The notes below the pieces were generated by a model. The model was not told the DNA's origin. It made no database searches and saw nothing but the letters and a program-made list of their open reading frames with translations. A DNA stretch of 64,000 nucleotides from Methanoregula sp. PtaB.Bin085. GTDB taxonomy: Archaea > Halobacteriota > Methanomicrobia > Methanomicrobiales > Methanospirillaceae. The stretch's first letter is position 1; each line of letters opens with the position of its first letter. Location: NCBI RefSeq assembly GCF_002067035.1, contig NZ_MVQB01000060.1:103499-167498 (forward strand). Direction: 5' to 3'. The position numbers and the translations under genes were made by a program. Of the stretch, positions 8,945 through 18,452 are shown in pieces.

Positions 8945-9425
8945 CCGGATCAATCAATCTTTGATTTTCACTTTCATCAAACCCTGGATGAAAATTGCGG
9001 GTATTCCTGTACCCGCTTGTTGGACTCAGAGTGTCCAGCATTTTTCAGCAGATTTTGATCGAAAAATTTTCAGCAAGGATCGATTAGTGATTTTCAAACG
9101 CGATTACGATCTCGATTGAAATTCTGATTCGGATCAATCAAGCTTTGATTTTCATTTTTCCATCAAACCCTGATTGAAAAATTTTCAGCAGACTTTGATT
9201 GAAAAATCGCAGGTGAACTTTGATTAAAAACCTGCTGCATGATGAAATGCTCCGACGTATTCCCCGGATTGTTGCTGTGGAGGATCAGCTTAACTTTTTG
9301 CAGGCAAACCCTGATTAAATTTTTTTCAGCAGACTTTGATTGAAAAATTTTCTGCAAGGTTTGACTGGTGTTTTTCAAACACGATCATGATCGCGATTGA
9401 AAACGTAAGCCGGATTAATCGAAAC
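8945..9425. repeat. AT-rich degenerate tandem repeat array (about 140-bp unit, about 3 copies)
   Basis: tttcagcaga[c/t]tttgat[c/t]gaaaaat occurs at 9043, 9183 and 9324 (spacing 140 and 141 bp). An 80-nt block at 9041-9120 is about 80% identical to 9322-9402. ccggatcaatcaa...catcaaaccctg[g]at(t)gaaaa occurs at 8945 and 9129, with a partial copy at 9410. Confidence 0.8.
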
Positions 9426-9623
9426 GTGCTTGAAGACAGTCCGCTCTGTCGCGCTCATGCCAATGAAGGCGTTCCCGTGGATTTAGCCTGAAGAAACCGG
9501 AGAATTCTTCCGGAAAGAATCCCCGCTCATGCAACGATTCCTGCCCCGCCGCTCATAACACCCGGGCATCCGCCAGATCTGCAGATCATACTCCTTTTTG
9601 GCAACGGATGACAATCATTCTCT

Positions 9624-10367
9624 ATGCAGGTGACCTTCCTTGGCACCAACGGATGGTTCGATACCCCCACCGGGAACACAGTCTCAATCCTTGTCCGGAC
9701 ACGGGATTTCGACATCCTTTTCGATGCCGGCAACGGGATATACAAGGCTGACCGGTACATATCGCAGGAAAAGCCGGTGTACCTTTTTCTTTCGCACTTC
9801 CATATCGACCATATCGCCGGCCTCCACATCCTCGTCAAGTTCCGGCTGAAAAAAGGTCTGAAAATCTTCTGCATGCCGGGCGGCGCTGCTCTCCTCCATA
9901 CCTTCGCGGGGGAACCGTTCACGGTACCGCTGGAAAAACTCCCGTACCCGGTGACCGTTACCGAGCTTGAAGAGGGATCCCACACCATCCCGTTCCCTGT
10001 CGAGTGCCGGAGACTCGTCCATCCCGCTCCCTGTTATGGCTATCGCGTAGAGATCGACGGGAAGACTGTAACGTTCTGCACGGATACCGGCGTCTGCGAC
10101 AATGCCGTCACGCTTGCCCGGAATGCCGATCTCCTCATCACCGAATGCGGGCTGAAACCCGGCGAAAGCAGCCCGGACTGGCCCCATCTCAACCCGCAGG
10201 ACGCAATCGGGATAGCAAAAAAAGCCGGCGCAAAACGCCTTGTCCTGCAGCACTTCGGTGCGGAAGTGTACAAAACCCTTGACGAGCGCAGGGCAGTTGA
10301 GGAACAGTACCGGGATCTCTGTCCCGGCCTTGTTGCTGCAACTGACGGCCTTACCCTGGAACTCTGA
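9624..10367 (+). CDS. MBL-fold metallo-hydrolase (RNase Z-like)
   Basis: SHFHIDHIAG (HxHxDH) metal motif, 247 aa, beta-lactamase fold pattern. Confidence 0.85.
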   Translation: MQVTFLGTNGWFDTPTGNTVSILVRTRDFDILFDAGNGIYKADRYISQEKPVYLFLSHFHIDHIAGLHILVKFRLKKGLKIFCMPGGAALLHTFAGEPFTVPLEKLPYPVTVTELEEGSHTIPFPVECRRLVHPAPCYGYRVEIDGKTVTFCTDTGVCDNAVTLARNADLLITECGLKPGESSPDWPHLNPQDAIGIAKKAGAKRLVLQHFGAEVYKTLDERRAVEEQYRDLCPGLVAATDGLTLEL

Positions 10368-10713
10368 TCGGCCCCCGGTACCGGATTCAATGCAGGGAGA
10401 TTTTCCAGTGAAAATCAGGCTCGAAGATAAATGATGGGGGCTGATGCCCCCATACCCCCTGCAGGATAGTTGCCACCGCCCCGCGGGGGCGCTCCCGGGC
10501 GGCCTTCAAGTCCCGTTTTCCGGGAAAGTGCTCTTGCACCGCCGTGCCCCGCGAGGCATCGAATCCCGGAGAGATGAGATGTAGGAAGAGCCATCAGGTT
10601 CTTCGAAGGCCATGAGGCGGGGAGCCATCATAATTAACCACGATTCAGGTGATTTCAAGCCTTGAATGTGGGCCTTATCAGGTTCATGCCCGTTTCCAGA
10701 GAGCCAAAAATTG

Positions 10714-11289
10714 TTACTCACCGATCTTCTTCATCAGCCATGCCATGTTCTTCCCGAGCGTCTGCATGGTCATGATCCCTTCCTCGTCGCTCTTCACATC
10801 GCCCGGTGCGAGCCCCAGGCCGATATTCCAGTAGGATGATCCCGGGACAACCATCTGGCTGATGAAGAAGAAATGATTCATGGTGTCAAACGCATGGATG
10901 GCCCCGCCCCGGCGGACTGCCACGACTGCTGCGCCCACCTTGCGCCGGAACATGTCCTGGTTTGCCTTCGCCACGAACCCGGCCCGGTCGATCAGGGCCT
11001 TCATCTCGGTGGAAACATCCGTGAAGTACGTTGGCGATGCAAGGATGATCCCGTCGGCATCCAGCATCTTTTCTATACATTCATTCAGGATATCGCCCTT
11101 CACCGCACACCGCTTGTCCTGGTTGGTAAAACACTTTCCACAGGCTGTGCAACCCCGGATCTTCTTTCCCGAGAGCTGGACAAGTTCGGTTTTTATCCCT
11201 TCCTTCTTCAGTTCCTTAAAAACGGTATTGACAAGGATGGCGGTATTCCCATCCCTGCGTGCGCTGCCATTGAATGCAACTACCTTCAT
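10714..11289 (-). CDS. isf: iron-sulfur flavoprotein / NADPH-dependent FMN reductase family
   Basis: MKVVAFNGSARRDGNT flavodoxin-like N-terminus plus a compact CTACGKCFTNQDKRC (CxxCxxCx7C) cluster motif characteristic of Isf. Confidence 0.8.
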   Translation of the reverse strand: MKVVAFNGSARRDGNTAILVNTVFKELKKEGIKTELVQLSGKKIRGCTACGKCFTNQDKRCAVKGDILNECIEKMLDADGIILASPTYFTDVSTEMKALIDRAGFVAKANQDMFRRKVGAAVVAVRRGGAIHAFDTMNHFFFISQMVVPGSSYWNIGLGLAPGDVKSDEEGIMTMQTLGKNMAWLMKKIGE

Positions 11290-11410
11290 GGTACACCTGT
11301 ACCCTGAATGTGGGAATCAAAGAATAAAAAACCGGGGGATAGTTCCGTATCTGCTGCACCCTGTCTCAGTGCGCCATCTTATGAGCTCGGACGCCAAATG
11401 GTGGTGCAAT

Positions 11411-13024
11411 ATGAATACAAGGATACAGTTTTCCGACTTCAGCCTGTCAAAAGAAGTCGCGAAAGCCATAGAAGATATGGGCTTTGAAGAGCCCTCGCCT
11501 ATCCAGGCACTCGCCATCCCTCTTATCCAGGCCGGGCGCGATGTAACAGCCCAGGCCCAGACCGGTACCGGCAAGACCGCCGCGTTCGGTATCCCTCTCA
11601 TAGAAAAGATTGACCCGGCAAAAAGGGCTGTGCAGGCAATCGTGCTCTGCCCGACCCGGGAACTTGCCATCCAGATCGCTGAAGAGTTCACCGGCCTTCT
11701 CGCACATATCCCCCGGATCACCGTGCTGCCGGTCTATGGCGGCCAGCCTATCGATCGCCAGCTCCGTGCCCTTCACCAGGGGGTTCATATCGTGATCGGT
11801 ACGCCGGGGCGGGTCATGGACCACCTCGAGCGCCGGACACTCGTCCTGAACGATGTCGCAACGGTCGTGCTCGACGAGGCCGACCAGATGCTCGACATGG
11901 GATTCCGCGACGATATCGAATTCATCGTAAAAAAGGTCCCCCAGGACCGGCAGACCCTCCTGTTCTCGGCAACGATGCCGCAGCCGATCATCGATTTCTC
12001 GAAGCGGTTCCAGAACCGGCCGGAGTTTGTCCGCGTCCAGTATACCGAGCTGACCGTCCCCCAGATCGAACAGTCCTATATCGAGGTCAAGGACCGCGAG
12101 AAACTTGATGTACTCTGCCGGGTGATCGACCTGTGGGATCCCCGGCTTGCCATCATCTTCTGCAACACCAAGCGCCGGGCAGAAGAACTGGCCGGCAAAA
12201 TCAAGGCCCGGGGATACCGTGCCGAGGAGCTGCACGGCGACATGAAACAGTCGCAGCGTGACCGGGTCATGGGAGGATTCCGGAAAGGACTGATCGATAT
12301 CCTGATTGCGACTGATGTCGCTGCCCGGGGGATTGACGTGGAAGCAGTTGACATGGTCATCAACTTCGATGTGCCACAGGATGTCGAGTATTACGTGCAC
12401 CGCATTGGCCGGACAGGGCGTGCGGGAAAGAGCGGCAGGGCGGTTACCTTTGTGGCACCCCGGGACTTCACGAAACTCCGGGAGATTCAGCACTATGCGA
12501 AGGTGAAGATCCCGAGGATCCCGGTACCCTCGCAGGGCGATGTGGCCAGGACGCGGACACTTGCAATGCTCGATAAAATCCGGAAAACCATCAGTGAGGG
12601 GGGACTGGAGACCTATACCCGGATAATCGAGCAGGAGGCGGAAGGCGACCTCACGTCCGTTGAGATTGCCGCAGCACTCCTGAAACTCCAGATGGAGCAG
12701 GGAACTGCCGAGTCTCCTGAAATCCGGGACGCGATCACATTTCCGGATACCGGTGCCGAACCCGGCATGGTCAGATTCTTCCTTGGCGTCGGCAGGGAAC
12801 ACAAGGTCCAGCCAAAGGACATCGTCGGAGCAATTGCCGGTGAAACGGGCATCCCGGGAAAAGCCATCGGGGCAATCCGGATCCTGGATTCGTACTCGTT
12901 TGTCGAGATCCCACAGGAACACGCTGCCGAGGTTTATGAGATCATGAAGGAACGGACCATCAGGAACCAGCCGACAAAGATCGAGCCGGCACAGGGACAG
13001 GGCCGGCGATCGTCCCCGCAGTGA
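11411..13024 (+). CDS. DEAD-box ATP-dependent RNA helicase
   Basis: Q-motif PSPIQ, motif I AQTGTGKT, motif II VLDEADQML, SAT, and motif VI HRIGRTGRAG. Start at MNTRIQFSDF. The upstream part of the ORF-track frame is antisense to isf. Confidence 0.92.
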   Translation: MNTRIQFSDFSLSKEVAKAIEDMGFEEPSPIQALAIPLIQAGRDVTAQAQTGTGKTAAFGIPLIEKIDPAKRAVQAIVLCPTRELAIQIAEEFTGLLAHIPRITVLPVYGGQPIDRQLRALHQGVHIVIGTPGRVMDHLERRTLVLNDVATVVLDEADQMLDMGFRDDIEFIVKKVPQDRQTLLFSATMPQPIIDFSKRFQNRPEFVRVQYTELTVPQIEQSYIEVKDREKLDVLCRVIDLWDPRLAIIFCNTKRRAEELAGKIKARGYRAEELHGDMKQSQRDRVMGGFRKGLIDILIATDVAARGIDVEAVDMVINFDVPQDVEYYVHRIGRTGRAGKSGRAVTFVAPRDFTKLREIQHYAKVKIPRIPVPSQGDVARTRTLAMLDKIRKTISEGGLETYTRIIEQEAEGDLTSVEIAAALLKLQMEQGTAESPEIRDAITFPDTGAEPGMVRFFLGVGREHKVQPKDIVGAIAGETGIPGKAIGAIRILDSYSFVEIPQEHAAEVYEIMKERTIRNQPTKIEPAQGQGRRSSPQ

Positions 13025-13077
13025 TGGCGGAACATATCCCATAAACCTCTTATATGTTCCGCGGACACCTTCTGTGC

Positions 13078-13575
13078 ATGAACGCCCGATACGTTACAGG
13101 GAGTTTCCTGGTGATCCTCTCCCTGCTGTTCATTGCAGGGTGCCTGCAGGCAACCCCCCCGGCAACCCCGGCCCCGACAGAGGTTATGACGACAACTGAA
13201 GTCGCAACGCCAGTTCCCACGACACCGTTATCACTGACTCCCGGCCCTACAGAGAAACTTCCTGATATGTGGAGTCTTGATGTGCAGGTTACAGGCAACG
13301 GAGAGGCAATCGATCCGCAGATCACAACGACCATCCGTGGAGGCAAAGGATTGAATTTCATCACGATGGTTGATGTCAGGATCACCCGGGCCGATGGCAA
13401 GGTTGAAACCGGGTATATCAAAAGAGACAGAACGTACCGGGTCGGAGATTCGATTACCCTGCCGGTCACCTCGCAGATGGGCAATGTGAACAGGGTTGAG
13501 GTTTATGCAACAACCCCGCAGGGAAACAGGGTAAAAATCTTCGACGATTATGTGCCGTTCCGCACCTATCACTGA
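13078..13575 (+). CDS. small secreted/lipoprotein-like protein (paralogue of 18453-18914)
   Basis: Hydrophobic leader ending FIAGC (lipobox-like), a Thr/Pro linker, and a C-terminal domain ...RADGKVETG...RVEVYATTPQGNRVKIFDDYVPF shared with the paralogue. TTATAT lies about 25 nt upstream of ATG 13078. Confidence 0.6.
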   Translation: MNARYVTGSFLVILSLLFIAGCLQATPPATPAPTEVMTTTEVATPVPTTPLSLTPGPTEKLPDMWSLDVQVTGNGEAIDPQITTTIRGGKGLNFITMVDVRITRADGKVETGYIKRDRTYRVGDSITLPVTSQMGNVNRVEVYATTPQGNRVKIFDDYVPFRTYH

Positions 13576-13584
13576 TCTTTTTTT

Positions 13585-13770
13585 TCAGGCCTCGCGCTTT
13601 TCATCAATCTGTGCATAATACTGAACAATCGCCGGGATCACAATACCGACAGCAATGATTCCGTACGCCAGAGGTTCGTCGCCGAACGGGGGGGTAAGGA
13701 TTATCCAGATGCCGTTTACGACGATAAACAATCCCAGAAAAATACTTATGATCCTGATGATGATGTGCAT
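13585..13770 (-). CDS. small two-TM membrane protein (hypothetical)
   Basis: 61 aa with two hydrophobic helices and a charged C-terminus. No family recognised. Confidence 0.4.
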   Translation of the reverse strand: MHIIIRIISIFLGLFIVVNGIWIILTPPFGDEPLAYGIIAVGIVIPAIVQYYAQIDEKREA

Positions 13771-13845
13771 TCCCCGGCTCCGGTCCTTATGGGATAGTGT
13801 TCACTGCAGAAAATGAACCTTTGTATCCGGATCAACAAATCCGTA

Positions 13846-14304
13846 TCATTCACCGGCAATCCGCATTGTCTCCCAGCGGACTGCTTTTTGTTCGACGGCG
13901 TTCCTGATAATCCGCTGGGTGCGTGACAACGCTGCTCCGTCTCCTTTCTTCACATCCATGAAAATAATCTGAATCTCACCCTGTTTCTCATCCGCAACCC
14001 GTGTCAGCCCGTCAAAGATGATATAATCCACCGGTGACCCGATAAACCGTGCATCCGACGGAGTATACTGAAAATCCGGGAGGACCGGCGCCATCTGCTC
14101 AGCTATCTTTCCCTTAAGCGTGGAACGCGACCGGTTCACGGAGTCCTTCCGTATCCCCTCGGCAGCCTCCTTCTTCCAGACCTCAAGCTCTGCCCGGGAT
14201 TGTTCCTCGATGACGGGAATCATGGCCCTGACGTACGAATAGCCCAGGATAAATCCGAGGACGAGAGCCAGGACAACCGGGAGTATCAGCTCTTCAAGAG
14301 ACAT
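13846..14304 (-). CDS. membrane-anchored endonuclease related to archaeal Holliday-junction resolvase (COG4741-like)
   Basis: Start at MSLEELILPVVLALVLGFILGY (TM). The C-terminal core has PD-(D/E)xK-like residues (SPVDYIIFDG...IIFMDVKKG). The ORF-track 5' extension was rejected. Confidence 0.55.
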   Translation of the reverse strand: MSLEELILPVVLALVLGFILGYSYVRAMIPVIEEQSRAELEVWKKEAAEGIRKDSVNRSRSTLKGKIAEQMAPVLPDFQYTPSDARFIGSPVDYIIFDGLTRVADEKQGEIQIIFMDVKKGDGAALSRTQRIIRNAVEQKAVRWETMRIAGE

Positions 14305-14407
14305 CAAGAGGGATACGCGGCGATCCCTTAATTTGTTTGAGGATGCGCCATCGGAACCCGGGTAATATACTTGATACTGCAAATCCCATACTGTAAAGAA
14401 TGACGGG

Positions 14408-15157
14408 GTGGAGAGAATTTCCCTGATTCCCATACAGGAGAGAATCATCGCCGCTGAACGCGAATTATCCGATCTGCTGGCATACCCGCAGGAACGTTTT
14501 GAAGAGATAATCAGGGATGTCGGATTTCGTTGCGATTGCTGCAGCAGGTGCTGCACACGGGTGTTCAACGGCCATGTATTTCTTCTTGACCGGGATACCG
14601 CCAGGGCAAGGGAGATCGATCCACAGTCGGTTGAACCAGCTCCCTTCCCCGAGTTCTGCGACCAGAACGGCACGTTCTATGTATCCGGGTATGCCCTCAA
14701 AGCAAAGAACGATGATCGCGGGTCCTGTTATTTCCTTGAGAACACAAGGTGCAGGATATATGACCGGCGCTTTTCGATCTGCCGTGTCTATCCCTATATG
14801 CTCCACCGTGAACCTGACCAGAACGGGAAAATTGACTGGAGGCAGATAGCAGGGCTCAACGAGCACGGGGAGTACCACACCGAGATACCCGACAACCTCT
14901 GTCGTCAGACAGCCGCCGAAACCCGGGAGTACGAGGCTGCCGTCATCAGGCAGGAGATTGCATTCCTCACCTGCATTCGTGACTACTTTTTACAGAACAG
15001 GCTCAGGCATGTCCAGAAGATTCATGATGATCTCATGCGGGAATACGGACGGGGAGGGGAGATCCGTGTCATGGTATACTTCAACGGCCATCTGGAAGAG
15101 CACCGGATCCGCGGAACGGTTACTCCGAAAACGACAGGAACACCGAAGAAAAAATGA
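14408..15157 (+). CDS. YkgJ-family cysteine-cluster protein (CxxCxxCC, UPF0153)
   Basis: CDCCSRCC motif followed by CYFL...RCRIYDRRFSICRVYP, typical of the family. Confidence 0.7.
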   Translation: MERISLIPIQERIIAAERELSDLLAYPQERFEEIIRDVGFRCDCCSRCCTRVFNGHVFLLDRDTARAREIDPQSVEPAPFPEFCDQNGTFYVSGYALKAKNDDRGSCYFLENTRCRIYDRRFSICRVYPYMLHREPDQNGKIDWRQIAGLNEHGEYHTEIPDNLCRQTAAETREYEAAVIRQEIAFLTCIRDYFLQNRLRHVQKIHDDLMREYGRGGEIRVMVYFNGHLEEHRIRGTVTPKTTGTPKKK

Positions 15158-15187
15158 GGGAAATACCGGCCGAAAAACCGGTATGGT

Positions 15188-16627
15188 TCAGGGAACCGTA
15201 CGGATGTTTTCGTGTTGGTTCGCCGTAGATCCGAACCGGTACGATCCTTTCGGGATGAAGAGTTCGAACCGGGCTCCCTGCAGGTAGACGCCGGTTTCGC
15301 GGAGGCCGATACCGGTGATGGAAAGGATTTCACGGGCAAGGAAGAGGCCGAGGCCGGTATTCTTGCCAAACCCGCGCCGGAAAATTTTCTCCTTGTCCTG
15401 CGGGGGTATGCCCACGCCGTCATCTTCTATCGTTATTATCAGGCCGTCATCGGTTTCATGCGCTCCAAGACTGATGCAGGTTTTTTTGGGTCCCCCGTAT
15501 CTCATCGTGTTGTCGATCTGGTTGTAAAAAACACGTTCCAGAAGGGGGTCTGCAAAGATTTCAACGTCTTCCAGATCCGAGCGTACCTGGACCTGTTGCA
15601 GGTCTGCATGGGAACAGGCCCGGAGGAACACCGTCTGCACATTCTGCCAGGATGGTGGGATTACCCCAAGGTTCTGATATAACCGGGTAAACTCGATATG
15701 CTGCGCGATAATCGTGGTTGTCTCCATCAGCTTTTCGACATACATGGAGGCCTGTGTTTTCGGAGGATACTCTTTCAAAAGCGACAGGTATCCCCCCAGA
15801 ACGGTAAGTTTGTTCCGGATATCGTGGCGGGTGATCTCGGCCATGAGGTTCAGCTTCTTGTTTGCCAGCTGCAGGGCCTGTTCCACCTGCTTGCGTTCCG
15901 TGATGTCCCGCGCTGCAGCATACATAAGTTTTTCACCGTAGGGGAACGATCGCCATTCAATCCAGCGGTAGATGCCATCCTTGCACCGGAACCGGTTGAC
16001 AAAATTCACGATCCCTTTTCCGGCCCGCAGATCCTCCATGGCCCTGGCAGTGGCAGGCAGATCATCGGGATGGACCAGGTCAAGGAATTTTTTTCCTTCC
16101 AGCTCGTCAATACGCCACCCAAGGATCATTTCCCAGGCCGGGTTCAGTCTCCTGAAATACCCGTCGGTGTCGGCAATACAGAGGAGATCCAGGGCAAGGG
16201 TAAAGAACTGGTCAAGTTCCCCGGACTTCTCCTGCGGAGCGACCTCGGTTTTTGTCCGGTGAACGGCGATATCGATCTTGCGGCTGAGCTCGCTGAACCG
16301 GGATGCAGGATCGCTTCCCTTCTGGAGATAAAACGTTACACCGAGATTTATTGCCTCGATGACAACTTCTTCCCGCCCTTTACCGGTGAAGATGATAAAC
16401 GGGATGTCCCCGAATTCTGCCCGGACCTGTTTTAAAAAATCAACCCCGTCGGATTCGGGCATAAGATAATCAGAGATGATAACATCAAAACGGCCTGCCC
16501 GGAGCTTCCTGAGCCCTTCCGCCGCAGATTCGGCAGTTTCAACCGTGTTTCTGCCATCCTTTTCAAGGAAAAGCCTGCACAGGGTGAGCAGTTCAGGCTC
16601 ATCATCGACATAGAGGACAGAAGGCAT
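15188..16627 (-). CDS. hybrid sensor: receiver domain-PAS-histidine kinase
   Basis: N-terminal REC (VLYVDDEPELL...DVIISDYLMPESDG...FTGKG), PAS (LDLLCIADTDGYF...RFRCKDGIYRWIEW), H-box EITRHDIRNKL and a HATPase domain (DDGVGIP...GLGLFLAREI). Alternative ATGs at 16642 and 16654. Confidence 0.85.
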   Translation of the reverse strand: MPSVLYVDDEPELLTLCRLFLEKDGRNTVETAESAAEGLRKLRAGRFDVIISDYLMPESDGVDFLKQVRAEFGDIPFIIFTGKGREEVVIEAINLGVTFYLQKGSDPASRFSELSRKIDIAVHRTKTEVAPQEKSGELDQFFTLALDLLCIADTDGYFRRLNPAWEMILGWRIDELEGKKFLDLVHPDDLPATARAMEDLRAGKGIVNFVNRFRCKDGIYRWIEWRSFPYGEKLMYAAARDITERKQVEQALQLANKKLNLMAEITRHDIRNKLTVLGGYLSLLKEYPPKTQASMYVEKLMETTTIIAQHIEFTRLYQNLGVIPPSWQNVQTVFLRACSHADLQQVQVRSDLEDVEIFADPLLERVFYNQIDNTMRYGGPKKTCISLGAHETDDGLIITIEDDGVGIPPQDKEKIFRRGFGKNTGLGLFLAREILSITGIGLRETGVYLQGARFELFIPKGSYRFGSTANQHENIRTVP

Positions 16628-16809
16628 GTGAATAAATGTCATAAATGCCGGCAAAAAAGGTTTTCCCTGTCCGGCCCATCCCCAAATCCCGGTCCGGGTT
16701 GGCCTTATCTATGCCGTTACGAGAGACATATTGCCCGGGAAAAGATCTTCAACATTATACGGTACCTGCAGGATTTTTAACCATCCGGACGAATCATTCA
16801 TGAGTCATC

Positions 16810-18291
16810 ATGAAACAGCCCCGCATGGTCGACCTGAAAGCCATTGCCGTAACAGCAATGGAAAAATATGGTTTTAATCCACAGTTCCCGGAGACGGTTA
16901 TCCAGGAAGTCATGGCACTGACTGACAAGGTATCCGGATATGATACAGGAACGGCAGGGGACCTCCGCTCCCTTCTCTGGTCGTCCATTGATAATTCCGA
17001 TTCAATGGACCTTGACCAGCTCGAGTACTGCGAACGCGTATCCGGCGGGGGGGTCCGGGTTCTGGTTGCAGTAGCCGATGTCGATATCTATGTCCCCCGG
17101 CGTTGCCACGCTGACCGGTATGCCGCGCATAATGGCACCTCAATCTATACCGGGATCGTTACGTTCCCGATGCTGCCGGACAGGCTTTCAAAAGACATCT
17201 CATCTCTCCTGCCGGACAGGGACCGTCTCGCGATCGTTGTTGAATATACTGTTCTCCCCGACGGGGATCTCCGCCCCGGGGTCGTCTCACGCGCCCTTGT
17301 ACGGAACAAGGCAAAACTCGTATACGAGGAACTCGGTGACTGGCTCGAGGGCACGGGGCCGATACCTGCTCCCGTACGCGATATCCCCGGACTCAGGGAT
17401 CAGATCCAGCTCCAGGCCGAGACAGCCCGCAGGCTCCGGAAAAGGCGGATGGACATGGGGGCCCTTGACCTCCAGACCATCGAAGCACAACCAGTTGTCG
17501 AAGGGGACAGGGTCCAGAAGCTTGTTGTCCTGAAACAGAACATGGCACGGATCGTTATCGAGGAGTTCATGGTGGCAGCCAACCGGACCATGGTCTCATT
17601 TCTCGGGGATGCAGGTGTCCCGATGATCCAGAGGGTGGTTAAAGTGCCGAAATACTGGGACGAGATTATCCTGACGGCAGCAGAGTATGGCGTCAGGCTG
17701 CCCAAAACCCCGGATGTCAGGGCGCTCGCATCGTTTCTCAGGAAACAGAAGGAAGCGGATCCGGAACGGTTTCCGGACCTGTCACTCACCATCATCAAGC
17801 TCCTGGGCCCGGGGGAGTATATGCCCCTGGAGCCCGGTGCTCCGCCGACCGGTCATTTCTCGATGGCAGTAACCGATTATACGCATGGTACTGCTCCGAA
17901 CCGGCGGTACGTCGATGTCATCAACCAGCGGCTGATCAAATCGGTCCTCGACAAAACACCAGGCCCCTACACCCTTGATTCCCTTGTCGACCATGCCATA
18001 TGGCTTACCGACCGTGAGAAAGGGTCCAAAAAAGTGGAGCGTTTCATGCGAAAAGCTGCGGCAGCAGTATTGCTGCAGGACCAGATCGGCTCCATGTTCG
18101 AAGCTCTTGTCACCGGCTCTTCCGAGAAAGGAACCTATGTCCGGCTTATCGAACCCCCCGCCGAGGGTCGGGTAGTGCGGGGCGAACGGGGATTATGGGT
18201 GGGACAGAAGGTGCGGGTCCGGCTCCTGAAGACAGATCCCTACAACGGGTTTATCGATTTTGAACGGATCGGAGGTAAAATACGGAAGTGA
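16810..18291 (+). CDS. RNB-domain exoribonuclease (RNase R / RNase II family)
   Basis: RNB core pattern (SIDNSDSMDLDQL...VAVADVDIYV...AAHNGTSIYTG...FPMLP) plus a C-terminal S1-like segment (GTYVRLIEPPAEGRVV). Confidence 0.85.
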   Translation: MKQPRMVDLKAIAVTAMEKYGFNPQFPETVIQEVMALTDKVSGYDTGTAGDLRSLLWSSIDNSDSMDLDQLEYCERVSGGGVRVLVAVADVDIYVPRRCHADRYAAHNGTSIYTGIVTFPMLPDRLSKDISSLLPDRDRLAIVVEYTVLPDGDLRPGVVSRALVRNKAKLVYEELGDWLEGTGPIPAPVRDIPGLRDQIQLQAETARRLRKRRMDMGALDLQTIEAQPVVEGDRVQKLVVLKQNMARIVIEEFMVAANRTMVSFLGDAGVPMIQRVVKVPKYWDEIILTAAEYGVRLPKTPDVRALASFLRKQKEADPERFPDLSLTIIKLLGPGEYMPLEPGAPPTGHFSMAVTDYTHGTAPNRRYVDVINQRLIKSVLDKTPGPYTLDSLVDHAIWLTDREKGSKKVERFMRKAAAAVLLQDQIGSMFEALVTGSSEKGTYVRLIEPPAEGRVVRGERGLWVGQKVRVRLLKTDPYNGFIDFERIGGKIRK

Positions 18292-18452
18292 CGGTGAAGA
18301 ATTACTCTCCTTCTTCCGATCGTTTTCATCGGTTAATCGTCTTATAGCGATTCAATCCAATGTGGAGAGAAAAACACCATGGGATCTGGTCAATTGAAAT
18401 CCTGAACAGATCATTCCATAATGCTGATATGTCCAATCCCCGATGATCAGAT

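Noticed and set aside
9163-9378. 71-aa minus-strand ORF with an internal IFQSKSAE..IRV repeat.
   Set aside because: It merely translates the AT-rich DNA tandem repeat. Codon usage is unlike the genome, and there is no start context.
8945-9425. Replication origin (ORB/DUE-like) interpretation of the AT-rich repeats.
   Set aside because: No orc1/cdc6 gene is adjacent, and the repeats do not resemble ORB or mini-ORB consensus as far as I can judge. It is kept only as a low-probability alternative in the finding.
10434-10453. Perfect 8-bp hairpin ATGGGGGC-TGAT-GCCCCCAT, followed by the palindrome CCCCGCGGGG.
   Set aside because: It is probably a terminator or structural element between convergent genes. 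There is no evidence for an RNA gene.
10559-10567. tRNA T-loop-like TCGAATCCC in the 345-bp convergent intergenic region.
   Set aside because: The flanking bases cannot form a T-stem, and no acceptor or anticodon arms could be built on either strand.
10880-11410. 177-codon N-terminal extension of the helicase ORF in the track.
   Set aside because: It lies antisense to the isf gene and does not look like protein. The helicase Q-motif region starts right after ATG 11411.
11447-13042. 531-aa minus-strand ORF.
   Set aside because: It is antisense to the DEAD-box helicase, which carries all helicase motifs. The antisense product has no motifs.
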